Positions 49,639 to 60,948 of a stretch of DNA of 62,334 nt are shown piece by piece. The stretch lies in NCBI GenBank assembly GCA_035525905.1, contig DATLDK010000087.1, forward strand, positions 1-62,334, read 5' to 3'. The notes under the pieces are model-generated. The model saw nothing but the letters and a program-made list of their open reading frames with translations, did not search any database and was not told the DNA's origin. The translations under genes and the position numbers were made by a program. Position 1 is the first letter of the stretch. Every line of letters begins with the position of its first letter. Source of the stretch: Gaiellaceae bacterium (GTDB lineage Bacteria > Actinomycetota > Thermoleophilia > Gaiellales > Gaiellaceae).

Positions 49639-50591
49639 TCCGGCTCCCACCCGTGATCGGCACCCTCGAGACCGATCTCCGCCGCGATCGCCTCGAGCAG
49701 CTCGGGCGCCGGTGGCAGCTCCGCGGGGCTTGCCGCCGTCCGTGCAACCGCCCGGATTGCGGCGGGGTCGGCACCGGTCAGCCGGGCGACGACGCGTGGG
49801 TTCGCTGCGAGCGCGACGACGTCTCCAGGCGGCAGGGTGCCGTAGTGCTCGGGCACGGAGAGATACTCGTCGACCACGCGGCCGGCTTCGAGCAGCACGA
49901 AGCGCACCACCTCGTCGTGCTCGACCCCCAGCGAGAGGACGACCGCCCCGAGCCGCTCGGACAGCTCCTTCGCGAGCCGCCGCAGCATCGAGGGGTCTCG
50001 GTCGCACACGTCGTCGTACACGGCGATCCAGCCGCCGCGGGGCGCCGAGACCGTGCTGCCGCGCGAACGGCCGGGCAGCCGGGGCACGAACTGCTGCACA
50101 GCGCGCTCGACCGCCGCGGCGTCATCGGTCTGCACGTGGATGGCGCCGTAGGAGCGACCGCCACCGACTTGCCGCACCTCCAGCTCACGCACCAGGTTGC
50201 GCGACTCCTCCCGGAAGCCGAGCCTCTCGTAGAACGCCACCGACTCCAGATTGGCGTTGAGGCGGAGATGGGTGGCGCCGCGGGCCCGCAGGTTCTCGAT
50301 CACCGCGTCGACGAGCGCCCGCCCGGCGCCGCTGCCTCGCGCAGTGTGCGTCACGTAGAGATCGCCGATCCAGGCGACGTTGTTCTCGAGCCAGGAGGAC
50401 ACGAAGCCGATCGCCTCGCCGTTCTCCTCCGCCAGGAAGAGGCCGTTGGCCGCGACTGCGCGGTCGAGCTCGGGCTCGTTCGCCTCCCAGCTCGTATCTG
50501 CCCACGGCGGTGCTGCCCCCTCGGACTGCCAGAGCTCCCAGAGCCTGCGCAGCGTCGCGCGGTCCTCGTCGGTGCCGTGCCGGATCGTCAT
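49635..50591 (-). CDS. GNAT N-acetyltransferase fused to an uncharacterised C-terminal domain
   Basis: 318-aa ORF. The N-terminal ~160 aa have the acetyl-CoA motif (ARGSGAGRALVDAV ... FYERLGF). I do not recognise the C-terminal ~155 aa. Confidence 0.7.
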   Translation of the reverse strand: MTIRHGTDEDRATLRRLWELWQSEGAAPPWADTSWEANEPELDRAVAANGLFLAEENGEAIGFVSSWLENNVAWIGDLYVTHTARGSGAGRALVDAVIENLRARGATHLRLNANLESVAFYERLGFREESRNLVRELEVRQVGGGRSYGAIHVQTDDAAAVERAVQQFVPRLPGRSRGSTVSAPRGGWIAVYDDVCDRDPSMLRRLAKELSERLGAVVLSLGVEHDEVVRFVLLEAGRVVDEYLSVPEHYGTLPPGDVVALAANPRVVARLTGADPAAIRAVARTAASPAELPPAPELLEAIAAEIGLEGADHGWEPE

Positions 50592-51412
50592 GCCGGCGGC
50601 AAGACCCGGAGGCCGGTGAGGAGATAGTGGGCGGTCAGGTTCTCGAAAGGGTGGAAGCGGTCGGCGAAGGCGCGAAGATCGGCAACCTCACCATAGAACG
50701 CCGCCACGGCCTTGCGCAGTCCGAGGTCGCCTGCGGGCCAGGCGTGCGGTCGCGCCAGGTGGCGGGCGAGGAACCAGTCCGCCGTCCACTCCCCTAGGCC
50801 CCGGATCGCCACCAGGCGGGCGCGTACCTCCTCGTCGGGAAGGGCCGTCAGCGCGTCGAGATCGAGCTCGCTCCGCGCCAGTCCCAGCACGTACTCCGCC
50901 TTGCGCGTCGAGAAACCGACACCGATGAGCTCGTCCTCTGTCGCGCCGGAGACTCGGTCGCGCTGCGGGAAGGCATGCGCGTGCTCGTACGCCACGCCCC
51001 AGCGCTCGATGAAGCGGCTCCGGATCGCTGCGGCGGACTGGAGCGACACCTGCTGCGCCGTGATCGAGGTCACGAGGGCCTCGAACGGATTCGGCTGGAG
51101 CGGCGGCCGGAAGCCCGCAAGGGCTGCGACGAGCGGGCCCAGCGTCTCGTCCGCCGTGGACCAATCGCGAAATTTATCCAGCTCGAACGGTGCGCCGAGG
51201 AATTGCAGCACCTGCGCCTCGATCGCGGGGTCGTGCGGCTCGACGTCGACGCCACCGGGTGCGGCCACGATCCGCACCTCACGGCCCGAGAAGACGCGGT
51301 CGATCCCGTCCTCGCGCCACATCGTCGCGCGGTCGACGCCGTAGACGCGGTAGCGGGCGACGGACAGCGCAAAATCGTACGGCTGGGGAAGACGCAGGAG
51401 CACTGCCTTCAT
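50588..51412 (-). CDS. HhH-GPD DNA glycosylase (AlkA / 3-methyladenine glycosylase II-like)
   Basis: 274 aa from ATG 51412, with LVAIRGLGEWTADWFL and a catalytic Asp context (WPAGDLGLRKA). Confidence 0.8.
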   Translation of the reverse strand: MKAVLLRLPQPYDFALSVARYRVYGVDRATMWREDGIDRVFSGREVRIVAAPGGVDVEPHDPAIEAQVLQFLGAPFELDKFRDWSTADETLGPLVAALAGFRPPLQPNPFEALVTSITAQQVSLQSAAAIRSRFIERWGVAYEHAHAFPQRDRVSGATEDELIGVGFSTRKAEYVLGLARSELDLDALTALPDEEVRARLVAIRGLGEWTADWFLARHLARPHAWPAGDLGLRKAVAAFYGEVADLRAFADRFHPFENLTAHYLLTGLRVLPPA

Positions 51413-51451
51413 GGTTTCAAGTCGCCTAGCCCGGGTGCCGATAGAGCAATC

Positions 51452-52480
51452 GTGCGCCGCCTCGCCGCCATCGCGCTCTGCACTCTCGCCGTGCCTGCTT
51501 CCGCGTCCGCGGCCCCTGACTCCTGGGCGCAAGCTCAGATCAGGCGCGTCGTCGAGGCCGGGCTCCTCTCGGAGCGAGTCGCCGGCTTCCAGCCGCAACA
51601 GCCCCTGACGCAGGGGGCACTCGCCGCGGCGCTGGAGACGTTGTCGCTCGCGGCCGAGGAGCCTGTGGCGTACCGCTACGCGGCCCCCGCGCCCGCCCGC
51701 GCGGTCACGATTCGCCAGCTGGACGCTGCGCTCGTCGGCTACCTCGGCCTCGCGGACTCCGCGCGCATGGTCACGACGGCGCTCAAGGAGGGCGGCCTTG
51801 CGCCCAAGGCCGGCGCCGGTACCGAGACCGTGGCTCGCCTGCTCGGGCTCCGCTTCAACCATCCTGCAGCGGACGATGCCCTCGAGCTCAGCCTCAACGA
51901 TCCGGCGACCCGCGCCGAGGCCGCCTACTCGCTGGCGCGCCTGCTCGACCTGTCCGGCTGGGAGCAGGAGTGGGTGCGCTCGCAGACTGCGTCACTTCTT
52001 GTCCCCGACCTGACCGGAATCCAGCGGCAAGTCCTGGCTCGCGCCGTGTCCTTCGTCGGGTACCCGTACGTCTGGGGCGGCACCTCCGAGACCGCACAGC
52101 AGCCCTTCGGGAAGCCGGAGCCGGGCGGCTTCGACTGCTCGGGCTTCGTCTGGCGCGTCTTCAAGCTCGAGCCGTTTCCGGGTGCGTCCTCACTCGCCTC
52201 CGTCCTGCGAGGCCGGACGACGTACGAGATGTCCGGAGAGGTGCCCGCCGCGCAACGGATCCGCAAGGTCGAGAATTTGCAGCCGGGGGACCTGATCTTC
52301 CAGGGCGACGGCGGCGCCAAGTCGAAGCCGGCCCAGGTCGGTCACGCCGGCATCTATCTCGGCGGTGGCTGGTTCGTCCACGCGTCCGGCAGCGGCACCA
52401 CCCTCCATCCGTTCGAAGGGTGGTACCGCGACCGGTTCGCCTGGGCCCGGCGGCCCCTGCGCGAAGCAGGGCTCAGCTAA
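51452..52480 (+). CDS. secreted NlpC/P60 peptidoglycan endopeptidase with N-terminal SLH-like repeats
   Basis: From GVG-type start GTG 51452 with a signal peptide. It has DCSGFVWRVF (catalytic Cys) and HAGIYLGGGWFVHAS (His). Confidence 0.8.
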   Translation: MRRLAAIALCTLAVPASASAAPDSWAQAQIRRVVEAGLLSERVAGFQPQQPLTQGALAAALETLSLAAEEPVAYRYAAPAPARAVTIRQLDAALVGYLGLADSARMVTTALKEGGLAPKAGAGTETVARLLGLRFNHPAADDALELSLNDPATRAEAAYSLARLLDLSGWEQEWVRSQTASLLVPDLTGIQRQVLARAVSFVGYPYVWGGTSETAQQPFGKPEPGGFDCSGFVWRVFKLEPFPGASSLASVLRGRTTYEMSGEVPAAQRIRKVENLQPGDLIFQGDGGAKSKPAQVGHAGIYLGGGWFVHASGSGTTLHPFEGWYRDRFAWARRPLREAGLS

Positions 52481-52484
52481 CCCG

Positions 52485-53102
52485 TTACTTCGTTCCGGCG
52501 AGGAGCGCGGCGAGCTCGGCCAGCGTCGGCACCTCCTCGTCGTCCGACGGCGCCGGGCGCTGCTGCCCCCGCTCCCTCGGATCCGCGGGCTTGACGCGGC
52601 CGGGGTCGCTCCTGGTGCCGTCCGGCTTGGGGCCCTCGCACTTCGACTCCTCAGCCGCCTGGTCGCATGCGACGAACCGTCCGTGGAAGGTGCCGCTGGC
52701 GCCCGCGGGGAGCAGGGCGCGGTAGCGGAACCCGTAGCCGCGGAACTTGAAGTGGCTGCCGAGCGCGACCACGTGGCCGCCCTGCCGGCCGGCGCAGAAG
52801 TACACGTCGCCGTTCTCGGTCTCCGTCTTCTTGACGCGACCCGTGCCGACACAGCGGACCTTCAGATCGCCTCCGAGGTCGAGGATGCCGATGTAGCCCG
52901 CGCGTCCTGCGAGCCGGACCGGCCTCTGGCCTTCCTCCATTGCGAGCTCGAGCTCACCGCCGAAGAAGCCTGCGCCGACGAGAACCGTCGGGCCCTCGAT
53001 CTCGGCGTCCTTTACGCCCTTCGCGTCCTTCGCAACCGCGGCAACGGGAACGAGGAGCGCGACCAGTGCCGCCGCCGCAATCGTGCGAATGCTGACGTGC
53101 AT
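52485..53102 (-). CDS. secreted hypothetical protein
   Basis: 205-aa ORF with a strong AAAGGAGGA Shine-Dalgarno sequence upstream, a signal peptide (AAAALVALLVPVAAVA) and 4 Cys. I recognise no family. Confidence 0.6.
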   Translation of the reverse strand: MHVSIRTIAAAALVALLVPVAAVAKDAKGVKDAEIEGPTVLVGAGFFGGELELAMEEGQRPVRLAGRAGYIGILDLGGDLKVRCVGTGRVKKTETENGDVYFCAGRQGGHVVALGSHFKFRGYGFRYRALLPAGASGTFHGRFVACDQAAEESKCEGPKPDGTRSDPGRVKPADPRERGQQRPAPSDDEEVPTLAELAALLAGTK

Positions 53103-53218
53103 GGTGCTGTCCTCCTTTGTGGGGGTTGCTTGCCTCGAGCGCAGGATCGGCGGCGTTCGTAAGGGCGGGAGAACGATCCCGTACGGGTTCGGTCAGCGGC
53201 CGGTAACGAGACTTTGTG

Positions 53219-53244
53219 CGGGGTAGCTCGTTCGAGCTACCCCG
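53219..53244 (-). terminator. 12-bp perfect hairpin immediately after the secreted GH13 gene (no U-tract)
   Basis: CGGGGTAGCTCG-TT-CGAGCTACCCCG ends 1 nt from the stop codon at 53246-53248. Confidence 0.5.
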
Positions 53245-53245
53245 G

Positions 53246-55364
53246 TCAGCGTCGGAGGATCGCGGGGACGACCGCGGATACCGCGGTCGTACCGTCCAGC
53301 GCGCGCGCGATTGCAACGAGGTGGACGGTTTCCCCGCGGCGATAGGCCTTCGGATCGAGGAATGCGCGGTAGGGCGGCGAGTCGTCCACTGCGAGACGGC
53401 GCCAGCTCCCGCTCGCGCGCCGCACGGCGAAGGCGACGCTGACGGTCTTGGCGTTCGGTGTCGTGGTCACGCGCACGAGCTCGGTGAGGTCGTCGGCAGC
53501 GACCTCGAGCTTCGGAACAGCGGGACGGGCGACGGGAAGATCGGCGTTCGCGCGCAGCAGCAGCGTGCCGGTCGGAGGGATCGAGACGACGAGCCCACCG
53601 GTGTCGTTGCTGCGCGAGTCGACGCCGATCAGCCCGGTCCAGTCTGCAGAGGGCGTGGACGTCGGCACGACCACTCGCTCTGTCGTCGTCCCCGCGTTGA
53701 AGGCCGCGACATACTCGCGCTTCGCCGCCGCATCGATGCGGCTGACGGCGAGCACGCCGCGCGCTGCGAGCCGGACGATCGAGGCGCCGCTCGAAAGGGC
53801 AGGGTGCGCGTCGCGCAAGGCTCCGAGGACCTTCAGCTCGTCGGCGATCGGATGCGAGGCGATCTCGAGCGAGGAGCCGGCGCCGATCGGCGCCGAGCCG
53901 ACGCGCTCGCCGGTCCGCCATCCGGCCACCTGCGTCGGAAAGAGATCCTGGCGCGCCTCCTTGTCGCCGCCGCTGCCGACGATCCCCACCTCGTCCCCGT
54001 AGTAGACGACAGGAGCGCCGCGCAGCAGGTACATGAGGCTGTAGGCGAGCTGGACGCGCCGCAGCAGCTCGGCGCCACTCGTGCCTCCGGAGCGATCCTT
54101 GATCATGCGCGCGGCCCGCCCCATGTCGTGATTGCCGAGGAAGGTGGGCGGCGTGTGTGCGACACCGCTCGGGCCCTGGAAGTAGTCGTCGTCGTCGAGC
54201 CGGGCGACGATTCCCTTCGCGCTCGCCGCGCCGGCGGCGTAGCGCGTGGCGGCGTCCTGGAAGGGGAAGTCGAGCACGTTCGGGAGCCTGCGCTCACGGA
54301 CGAAGCTCGAGAGCTCGATCGCGTCGGAGTTGAACACCTCGCCGAAAAGCTCGAACTCGGGGACGCCGGCGGCGCGAGCGGTCGCGAGGATCTTGGGCGT
54401 CCAGACCTTGAAGAACGCTCGATCGACGTGACGCGCCGTGTCGATTCGGAAGCCGTCCACCTTCGTGCGGCGGATCCAGTCGCCGTAGACCCGAGCGAGG
54501 CCGTTCACCACCACGGGCTGCTCCGTGAAGAGATCGTCGAGGCCGAAGAAGTCACCCTGCTCGAAGCAGGTCTCGCTGCACGAGCCGAAGTCGATGTCGC
54601 CCCGGTTGTGGTACCGCCGCGCATCGTTCAGCCAGGCCGGGCTCTTGGCGTGCCGGTCCTCCGCGAGCACGACCGGCACGCGTGGGAAGTTGCCCACCTT
54701 CAGGCAGGGAAACGTGCGGCCACCCGCGTACCGGGCGGGATTGAAGGCCTTGCCGCGACAGTCGCGGTAGGGAGCGGACGAGTAGCCCGTCCCCGACGGA
54801 AGGATCACGTCCGCGGTGTGGTTGACGACGACGTCGAGGTAGACCTTCAGCCCGAGCCGGTGCGCGCACGCGACGAAGTCGGCGAAGTCCGCGTTGGTGC
54901 CGAGGTGAGGGTCGACCGAGGCGAAGTCGCGGATCCAGTAGCCGTGGTAGGCGGCGCTCGAGCCCTGGACGGTCTTCTGGCCGAACGGAGGGGTGACCCA
55001 CACCGCGGTGAAGCCGAGCGCCTTGATCCGGGCGAGGCCGGTGCCTGACGTGCAGCCGCCCGTGAGGCCGCGGAGGTCACCCCCGTGGAACCAGCCGGTG
55101 TCGGCCGGGTCGTAGCCGGTGACGCTGCGAGGGCCCGTCCGACCGCCGCGGTCGTTGGCGGTATCGCCGTTCGCATAACGGTCGGTCATGACGAAGTAGA
55201 TGCGCTGCGATGCGATCGAGCTGCGGCGCGGCGGTTGCGCGAGGGCCTCGAGTAGCGCCCCCGTGGGCGGCGGCGGGGCCGAGACCTTGTGTTTCTGAAA
55301 GACCAGGTCTGTTGCGGCGCTCGCCGACGTGGCCGCGACGAGCGCGATGACTACGCCCGCCGCT

Positions 55365-55381
<17 letters not shown>
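53246..55381 (-). CDS. secreted GH13 alpha-amylase-family glycosidase
   Basis: It has DGFRIDTARHV, ELFGEVF and FLGNHDMGR. I favour the start at GTG 55381 because it has an AGGAG Shine-Dalgarno sequence and the signal peptide VSRFVRAAGVVIALVAATSASA. The ORF extends to 55417. Confidence 0.8.
55285..55309. repeat. AT-rich palindromic motif, copy 3 (CCTTGTGTTTCTGAAAGACCAGGTC)
   Basis: It matches copy 2 (9028-9052) at about 20/25 positions and has the core GTGTTTC-T-GAAAGAC. It lies 72-96 nt inside the secreted GH13 CDS, just after the signal-peptide codons. Confidence 0.7.
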
Positions 55382-56541
<1,160 letters not shown>

Positions 56542-56549
<8 letters not shown>

Positions 56550-58350
56550 CCAGCCTCCAGACGTGGAACGCCGGGCCGTCGGCCGGCAGGGTCGCAGTAC
56601 CGGCGGCGCAGAGGGCGTCGCCGCCGAGAACCGGCTCCAGGGCGCGGCACCCGAGAGCTTCCAGCGACAAGCGGATCGGATCGTGGTCGGCGCGAGCGGC
56701 CAGGCAGAGCAGCCGCTCGTCGCCGTGCTCACGCAGGTAGGCGATCGCGTCCTCGGCCACGCACGCATAGCGGAGCGCGCCGCACGCGAGAGCCTCGCTT
56801 GCTCGCCGAAGTCGAGTCAGGCGCGCGTAGCTTGCGTAGAGATCGACGTCCCAAGTCTCGGGACGTTCCCAGGGCATCGTGCGGCGCGCATCCTCGCCCC
56901 AGTCGCCTTCCAGCCCCACCTCGTCTCCGGCGAAGATCATCGGCACACCGGGAAGGGTCATCTGCAGCCCGATTCCCACGTCGTGCCGGGCGCGTGAGCC
57001 GGAGACCGTCCGGAACCGTGCCGTGTCGTGGCTGTCGAGCAAATTCCAGGAGTGCAGGACGGATTGCCACGGCACGCCGGCGCGGAAGGCCTGCATCGTC
57101 GCAGTCGCCGCCCGACCGTCCAGTCGCGGCAGTCCCACCGGCGTCCCCCAGAAGCTGCGGCGCAGCTCGTCCGGCAGCTCGTCGGATCGGAGCCACTCCC
57201 ACGCGGGCCTGAGGAAGCCGGCGTAATTCATCGTTCCGTGCCAGCCGCCGCCGCCGAGGTCGTCTCGGAAGTCGTGGCCGTGCTCCGCGACGAGCAGATG
57301 CTCGGGGCCGAGCACGCTCCTGATCGCGCGGGCCGCCTCGCCGGTGAGGTCGGAGTCCCGGTGGCGGCCGGTCATGTTCGCCACGTCGATGCGCCAGCCG
57401 TCCAGCCCCAGGTCGAGCCACCGGCGGGCGACGGTCTGCATCTGGGCGCTCAGAGCAGCCGAGCTCCAGTTCAGCTTCGGGAGCGATTTCACGCCGAACC
57501 AGCTCGCGTAGCCGCCTGGGATGGCCTCGTCGAAGTAGTAGTAGTCCGGCTCGTTCGTGAACCAGTCGTGACCGGCCCCGCTGTGATTCAGGGTCAGGTC
57601 CCCGACGACGCGCATTCCCCGAGCGTGTGCCGCGCGCACGAGCGAGGCGAGCGCCTCATCCCCGCCCAGCAGAGGATCCACGTGGTCGAAGGACGCCGCG
57701 TCGTACCGGTGCGTGCTGCCCGCGGGGAAGAACGGCGTCAGGTAGAGCAGATCCGCGCCCAGATCCTCGATGTGCCCGAGTCGCGCCTCGATACCGCCGA
57801 GATCGCCGCCGTAGAGCTCGCGGGGCGTCGCGGGGCCTCGACCGGTGGGCAACTCCTCCCAGGCGCGCCGAACGGCCCAGTCGGGCGCCTCTGCGCCGAC
57901 CCCGCTGAACGCGAAGCGGTCGGGGAAGATCTCGTAGGCAACGGAGCGAAGGTGCCAGTCCGGACCGCCCGGATCCGTCGTGAGCACGAAGTCGTCCGCG
58001 TCCGGGACGTCGTGCGGCACCAGCCCGAGCCCGTTGAGCCACGCGTAGCCGGCTGCTCCACCGGAGAGCAGCCAGCGATAGCGGGTCGAGGGATTGTCGA
58101 TCGTGAAGGTGGCCCGGTACCAGACATCGGTGTCCGTCTCCTCGTCGCGCACGGCCTTCGCGTTCCGGGGCTCCCCGTCGACGACCGACCGGAGCACCAC
58201 CTCGTCGACCGCGGTTCCGTGCGGCACGCGCAGCCGCACGGTCGCCGTGTCCCCGAGCTTCTGCGGCCGCTCGAGCACGTAGGCGTCCGAGCCGTCGTGG
58301 TGCGGGCGGTCGAGCAGCGTGGGCGGTGCGTGCACCCCGGCGAGTGTCAT
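56542..58350 (-). CDS. cytoplasmic GH13 alpha-glucosidase / maltodextrin glucosidase-like enzyme
   Basis: 602 aa from ATG 58350, with DLTLNHSG, GWRIDVANM, LVAEHGHD and LLDSHDTARF. No signal peptide is present. The start overlaps the malG stop (ATGA). Confidence 0.85.
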
Positions 58351-59288
58351 CCCTTGACCGAGCCCTGCGTGAGGCCGCTGACGATGAACCGCTGCAGCGA
58401 CATGAAGATGATCATGATCGGGATGCCAGCCAGCAGCACCCCTGCCGCGAACGGCCCCCAGTGCTCGGCGTACTGATGGTCGATGTACCCGCGCAATCCG
58501 ACGGGGAGCGTGAAGTTCTCGTTGGACTGCAAGAGCGTGCTCGCGAGCACGAACTCGTTGAAGATCCCCACGAACGAGAGGATCGCGATCACCGAGAGGA
58601 TCGGCAGCGCCAGCGGCAGCACCACGCCCCAGAAGATCTGCGCCGGCGTGGCTCCGTCGACCCGCGCGGACTCGTCGAGCTCGGTCGGGATGGTGTCGAA
58701 GAACCCTTTCAGGAGCCACGTGTTGATCCCCATCACGCCCCCGAGGTAGACGAGCAGCAGGCCCACCTTCGTGTCGAGCCCCATGAACGGGAACACCGTT
58801 CCCGTGCGCAGCACGATCAGGTAGATGGCGACGAGGGCGAGCACCTGCGGGAACATCTGGATCAGCAGCAGGAAGAGCAGCCCCAGACGGCGGCCGCGGA
58901 AACGGAAGCGGCTGAACGCGTAGGCGGCGAGCGCACCGAGCAGAACGTTCAGTAGCGCCACCGAGAGGGCGATCACGAGCGAGTTGCCGAGCCAGCGGGC
59001 GTAGTGCGAGGTCGAGGACTGAAGCTGGCTCTTGGCCGGGTCCGGCGCGAGCAGCTCGCGGAAATTGTCGAGGGTGACGCTGCGCGGGATCAGCGACGCG
59101 CCGCCGAGCGAAGAGTCGGCGTTGAAGGCTGCCGAGGCGACATACGCGATCGGGAAGAGGGCGACCGCCACCGCGACGACGGCGATCAGATGCCGCCACC
59201 AGTCTCCCTGCAGGCTGGGGCGCGGCACGCGCGACCGCTCAGCGACACGCGGCTCGACGCGGTCGATCGTCTGGTGGGCTGTGCTCAT
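58347..59288 (-). CDS. malG: maltose/maltodextrin ABC transporter permease
   Basis: 313 aa from ATG 59288, with the EAA loop DESARVDGATPAQIFWGVVLP. Confidence 0.85.
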   Translation of the reverse strand: MSTAHQTIDRVEPRVAERSRVPRPSLQGDWWRHLIAVVAVAVALFPIAYVASAAFNADSSLGGASLIPRSVTLDNFRELLAPDPAKSQLQSSTSHYARWLGNSLVIALSVALLNVLLGALAAYAFSRFRFRGRRLGLLFLLLIQMFPQVLALVAIYLIVLRTGTVFPFMGLDTKVGLLLVYLGGVMGINTWLLKGFFDTIPTELDESARVDGATPAQIFWGVVLPLALPILSVIAILSFVGIFNEFVLASTLLQSNENFTLPVGLRGYIDHQYAEHWGPFAAGVLLAGIPIMIIFMSLQRFIVSGLTQGSVKG

Positions 59289-60790
59289 CGCACGTTCTCC
59301 AGGGAGCCCGTCTTCCAGAAGGCGGCGCCAGTGATCGTCGCCACGATCATGAAGATGAAGATGGAGACGGCGCTCGCCAGGCCGAAGTCGTTGCCCTTGC
59401 CCGCCTCGAACGCGAGCTTGTAGGTGTACGTGATCAAGATGTCCGTGGCCCCCGCGACAGACTGGTCGTTCGACGGCGGGCCGCCCGCCGTGAGCAGGTA
59501 GATGGTGACGAAGCTGTTGAAGTTGACCGCGAACGACGCGATCATCAGCGGCGCGACGACGACGAGCAGCAGCGGCAGTGTCACCCGCCGGAAGATCTGC
59601 CACCCGCCGCCGCCGTCCACGCGGGCGGCTTCGATCAGCTCGCTCGGGATCGACTGCAGCGCACCGAGCGAGATCAGCAGGAAGTAGGGGACCGTCAGCC
59701 AGACGCTGACCGCGATCACGGACACCTTCGCCCACCACGGGTCGAAGAGCCACGGGATGTGCGTGTGCAGCAGGTTGTTGACGACGCCGAAATCGTCGTT
59801 CAGGAGCCCGCCCCAGATCAGGACTGCGAGAAAGCCCGGGAGCGCGTACGGGACGACGAGCAGCACCTGGTAGATGCGGCGGAACCGCAGCGTCGGCTTG
59901 TCGATCACGATCGCGAGGAAAAGGCCGAGCGCGAACGAGATCAGGACGATCGAGAGCGCGAAGACGAAGGTCCAGACGAAGACCCGGAAGAACGGCTCCC
60001 GGATGAGCGGGTCCCGCAGGACGGCGCTGAAGTTCGCAAGCCCGATGCCTGTCCGCCAGCCGGGCTCGAGCTCCTCGCCCGACGCTGCGACGAACGAGCC
60101 CTTGCCGTTGTCGCGGAAGACCTTCCCGTCCTCGATCCGCGTGAACGTGTCGTGCAGGCTGGAGTAGCGCAGTGTGGGCGCGAGCTCGAGCGCGGTCTCG
60201 GTTCCCTCGGCCCGGATCGCTCCGGACGGTGTCGGCACGGTGAAGCCCGCGAGCTCCTGGTCGAGCGCGAGCAGGTCCTTGCCCCGGATGATCGTGTAGC
60301 CCGAGGCCGACGCGATCGTGCCGAAGTCGCCGAGCTTCAGCGTCCCCTGCTCGAGCGGGCGGAGGTCGTCCTTGGTACCGACGTACTGCTTTCCGTCCGC
60401 CTCGTCCACGAGCAGCAGCACGAGGTTCCCGTCCTCGTCTCGGGCCGGCGCCATCGCGTACGACGTCCCGTCGGCAGGCGGACCGAGCGAGTTGCGCTTG
60501 ATTCCGTCGATCGCCTCGCTCTTGACGAGGATGTGGCCCGTCGACCAGTTGGTGAAGCCGACATTGACGTTGTAGATGATCGGGACGACCTGGAAGGCGA
60601 TCAGGAAGACGGTGCCCGGGATCAGGAACTTGAGCGGAATCGCGCGCCGCGGCGAGAGGTAGATCCCGTCCAGGGCCAGCGTGGCGGCCGCCAGCACCCC
60701 GAGCGCAACCCACTTGTCCTGGCCCGCGAGGACGGTCCCTCCCCACACCGCAATCGCGTTGACGACCGCGAGCAGGACGATCTTGAGCAC
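59285..60790 (-). CDS. malF: maltose/maltodextrin ABC transporter permease with large extracytoplasmic loop
   Basis: 501-aa ORF with the EAA loop IEAARVDGGGGWQIFRRVTLP. The true start may be CTG 60904, which is preceded by GGAGG-N7. Confidence 0.85.
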   Translation of the reverse strand: MLKIVLLAVVNAIAVWGGTVLAGQDKWVALGVLAAATLALDGIYLSPRRAIPLKFLIPGTVFLIAFQVVPIIYNVNVGFTNWSTGHILVKSEAIDGIKRNSLGPPADGTSYAMAPARDEDGNLVLLLVDEADGKQYVGTKDDLRPLEQGTLKLGDFGTIASASGYTIIRGKDLLALDQELAGFTVPTPSGAIRAEGTETALELAPTLRYSSLHDTFTRIEDGKVFRDNGKGSFVAASGEELEPGWRTGIGLANFSAVLRDPLIREPFFRVFVWTFVFALSIVLISFALGLFLAIVIDKPTLRFRRIYQVLLVVPYALPGFLAVLIWGGLLNDDFGVVNNLLHTHIPWLFDPWWAKVSVIAVSVWLTVPYFLLISLGALQSIPSELIEAARVDGGGGWQIFRRVTLPLLLVVVAPLMIASFAVNFNSFVTIYLLTAGGPPSNDQSVAGATDILITYTYKLAFEAGKGNDFGLASAVSIFIFMIVATITGAAFWKTGSLENVR

Positions 60791-60948
60791 GAGCCCGACA
60801 GTCCCGGAGAAGACGGCGACGAGCCGCGCCGGCGCCGACCACGCGGCGGCGGTCGCCGAGCTCAGGCGCGAGACGGGTTCGTGCGGAGCCGCCGTAGTGC
60901 TCAGCGCGCTGCCTCCGGGGTCGGAAGGAACGAGGCCTGGAAAGTGCA

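Noticed and set aside
53103-53245. The largest intergenic gaps (53103-53245, 42808-42909, 43192-43275, 60791-60985), inspected for tRNA, sRNA or riboswitch genes.
   Set aside because: No cloverleaf-compatible sequence (no GTTCRANYC T-loop) and no known riboswitch cores are present. The gaps are explained by terminator hairpins, a LexA box, and promoter or ribosome-binding-site regions.
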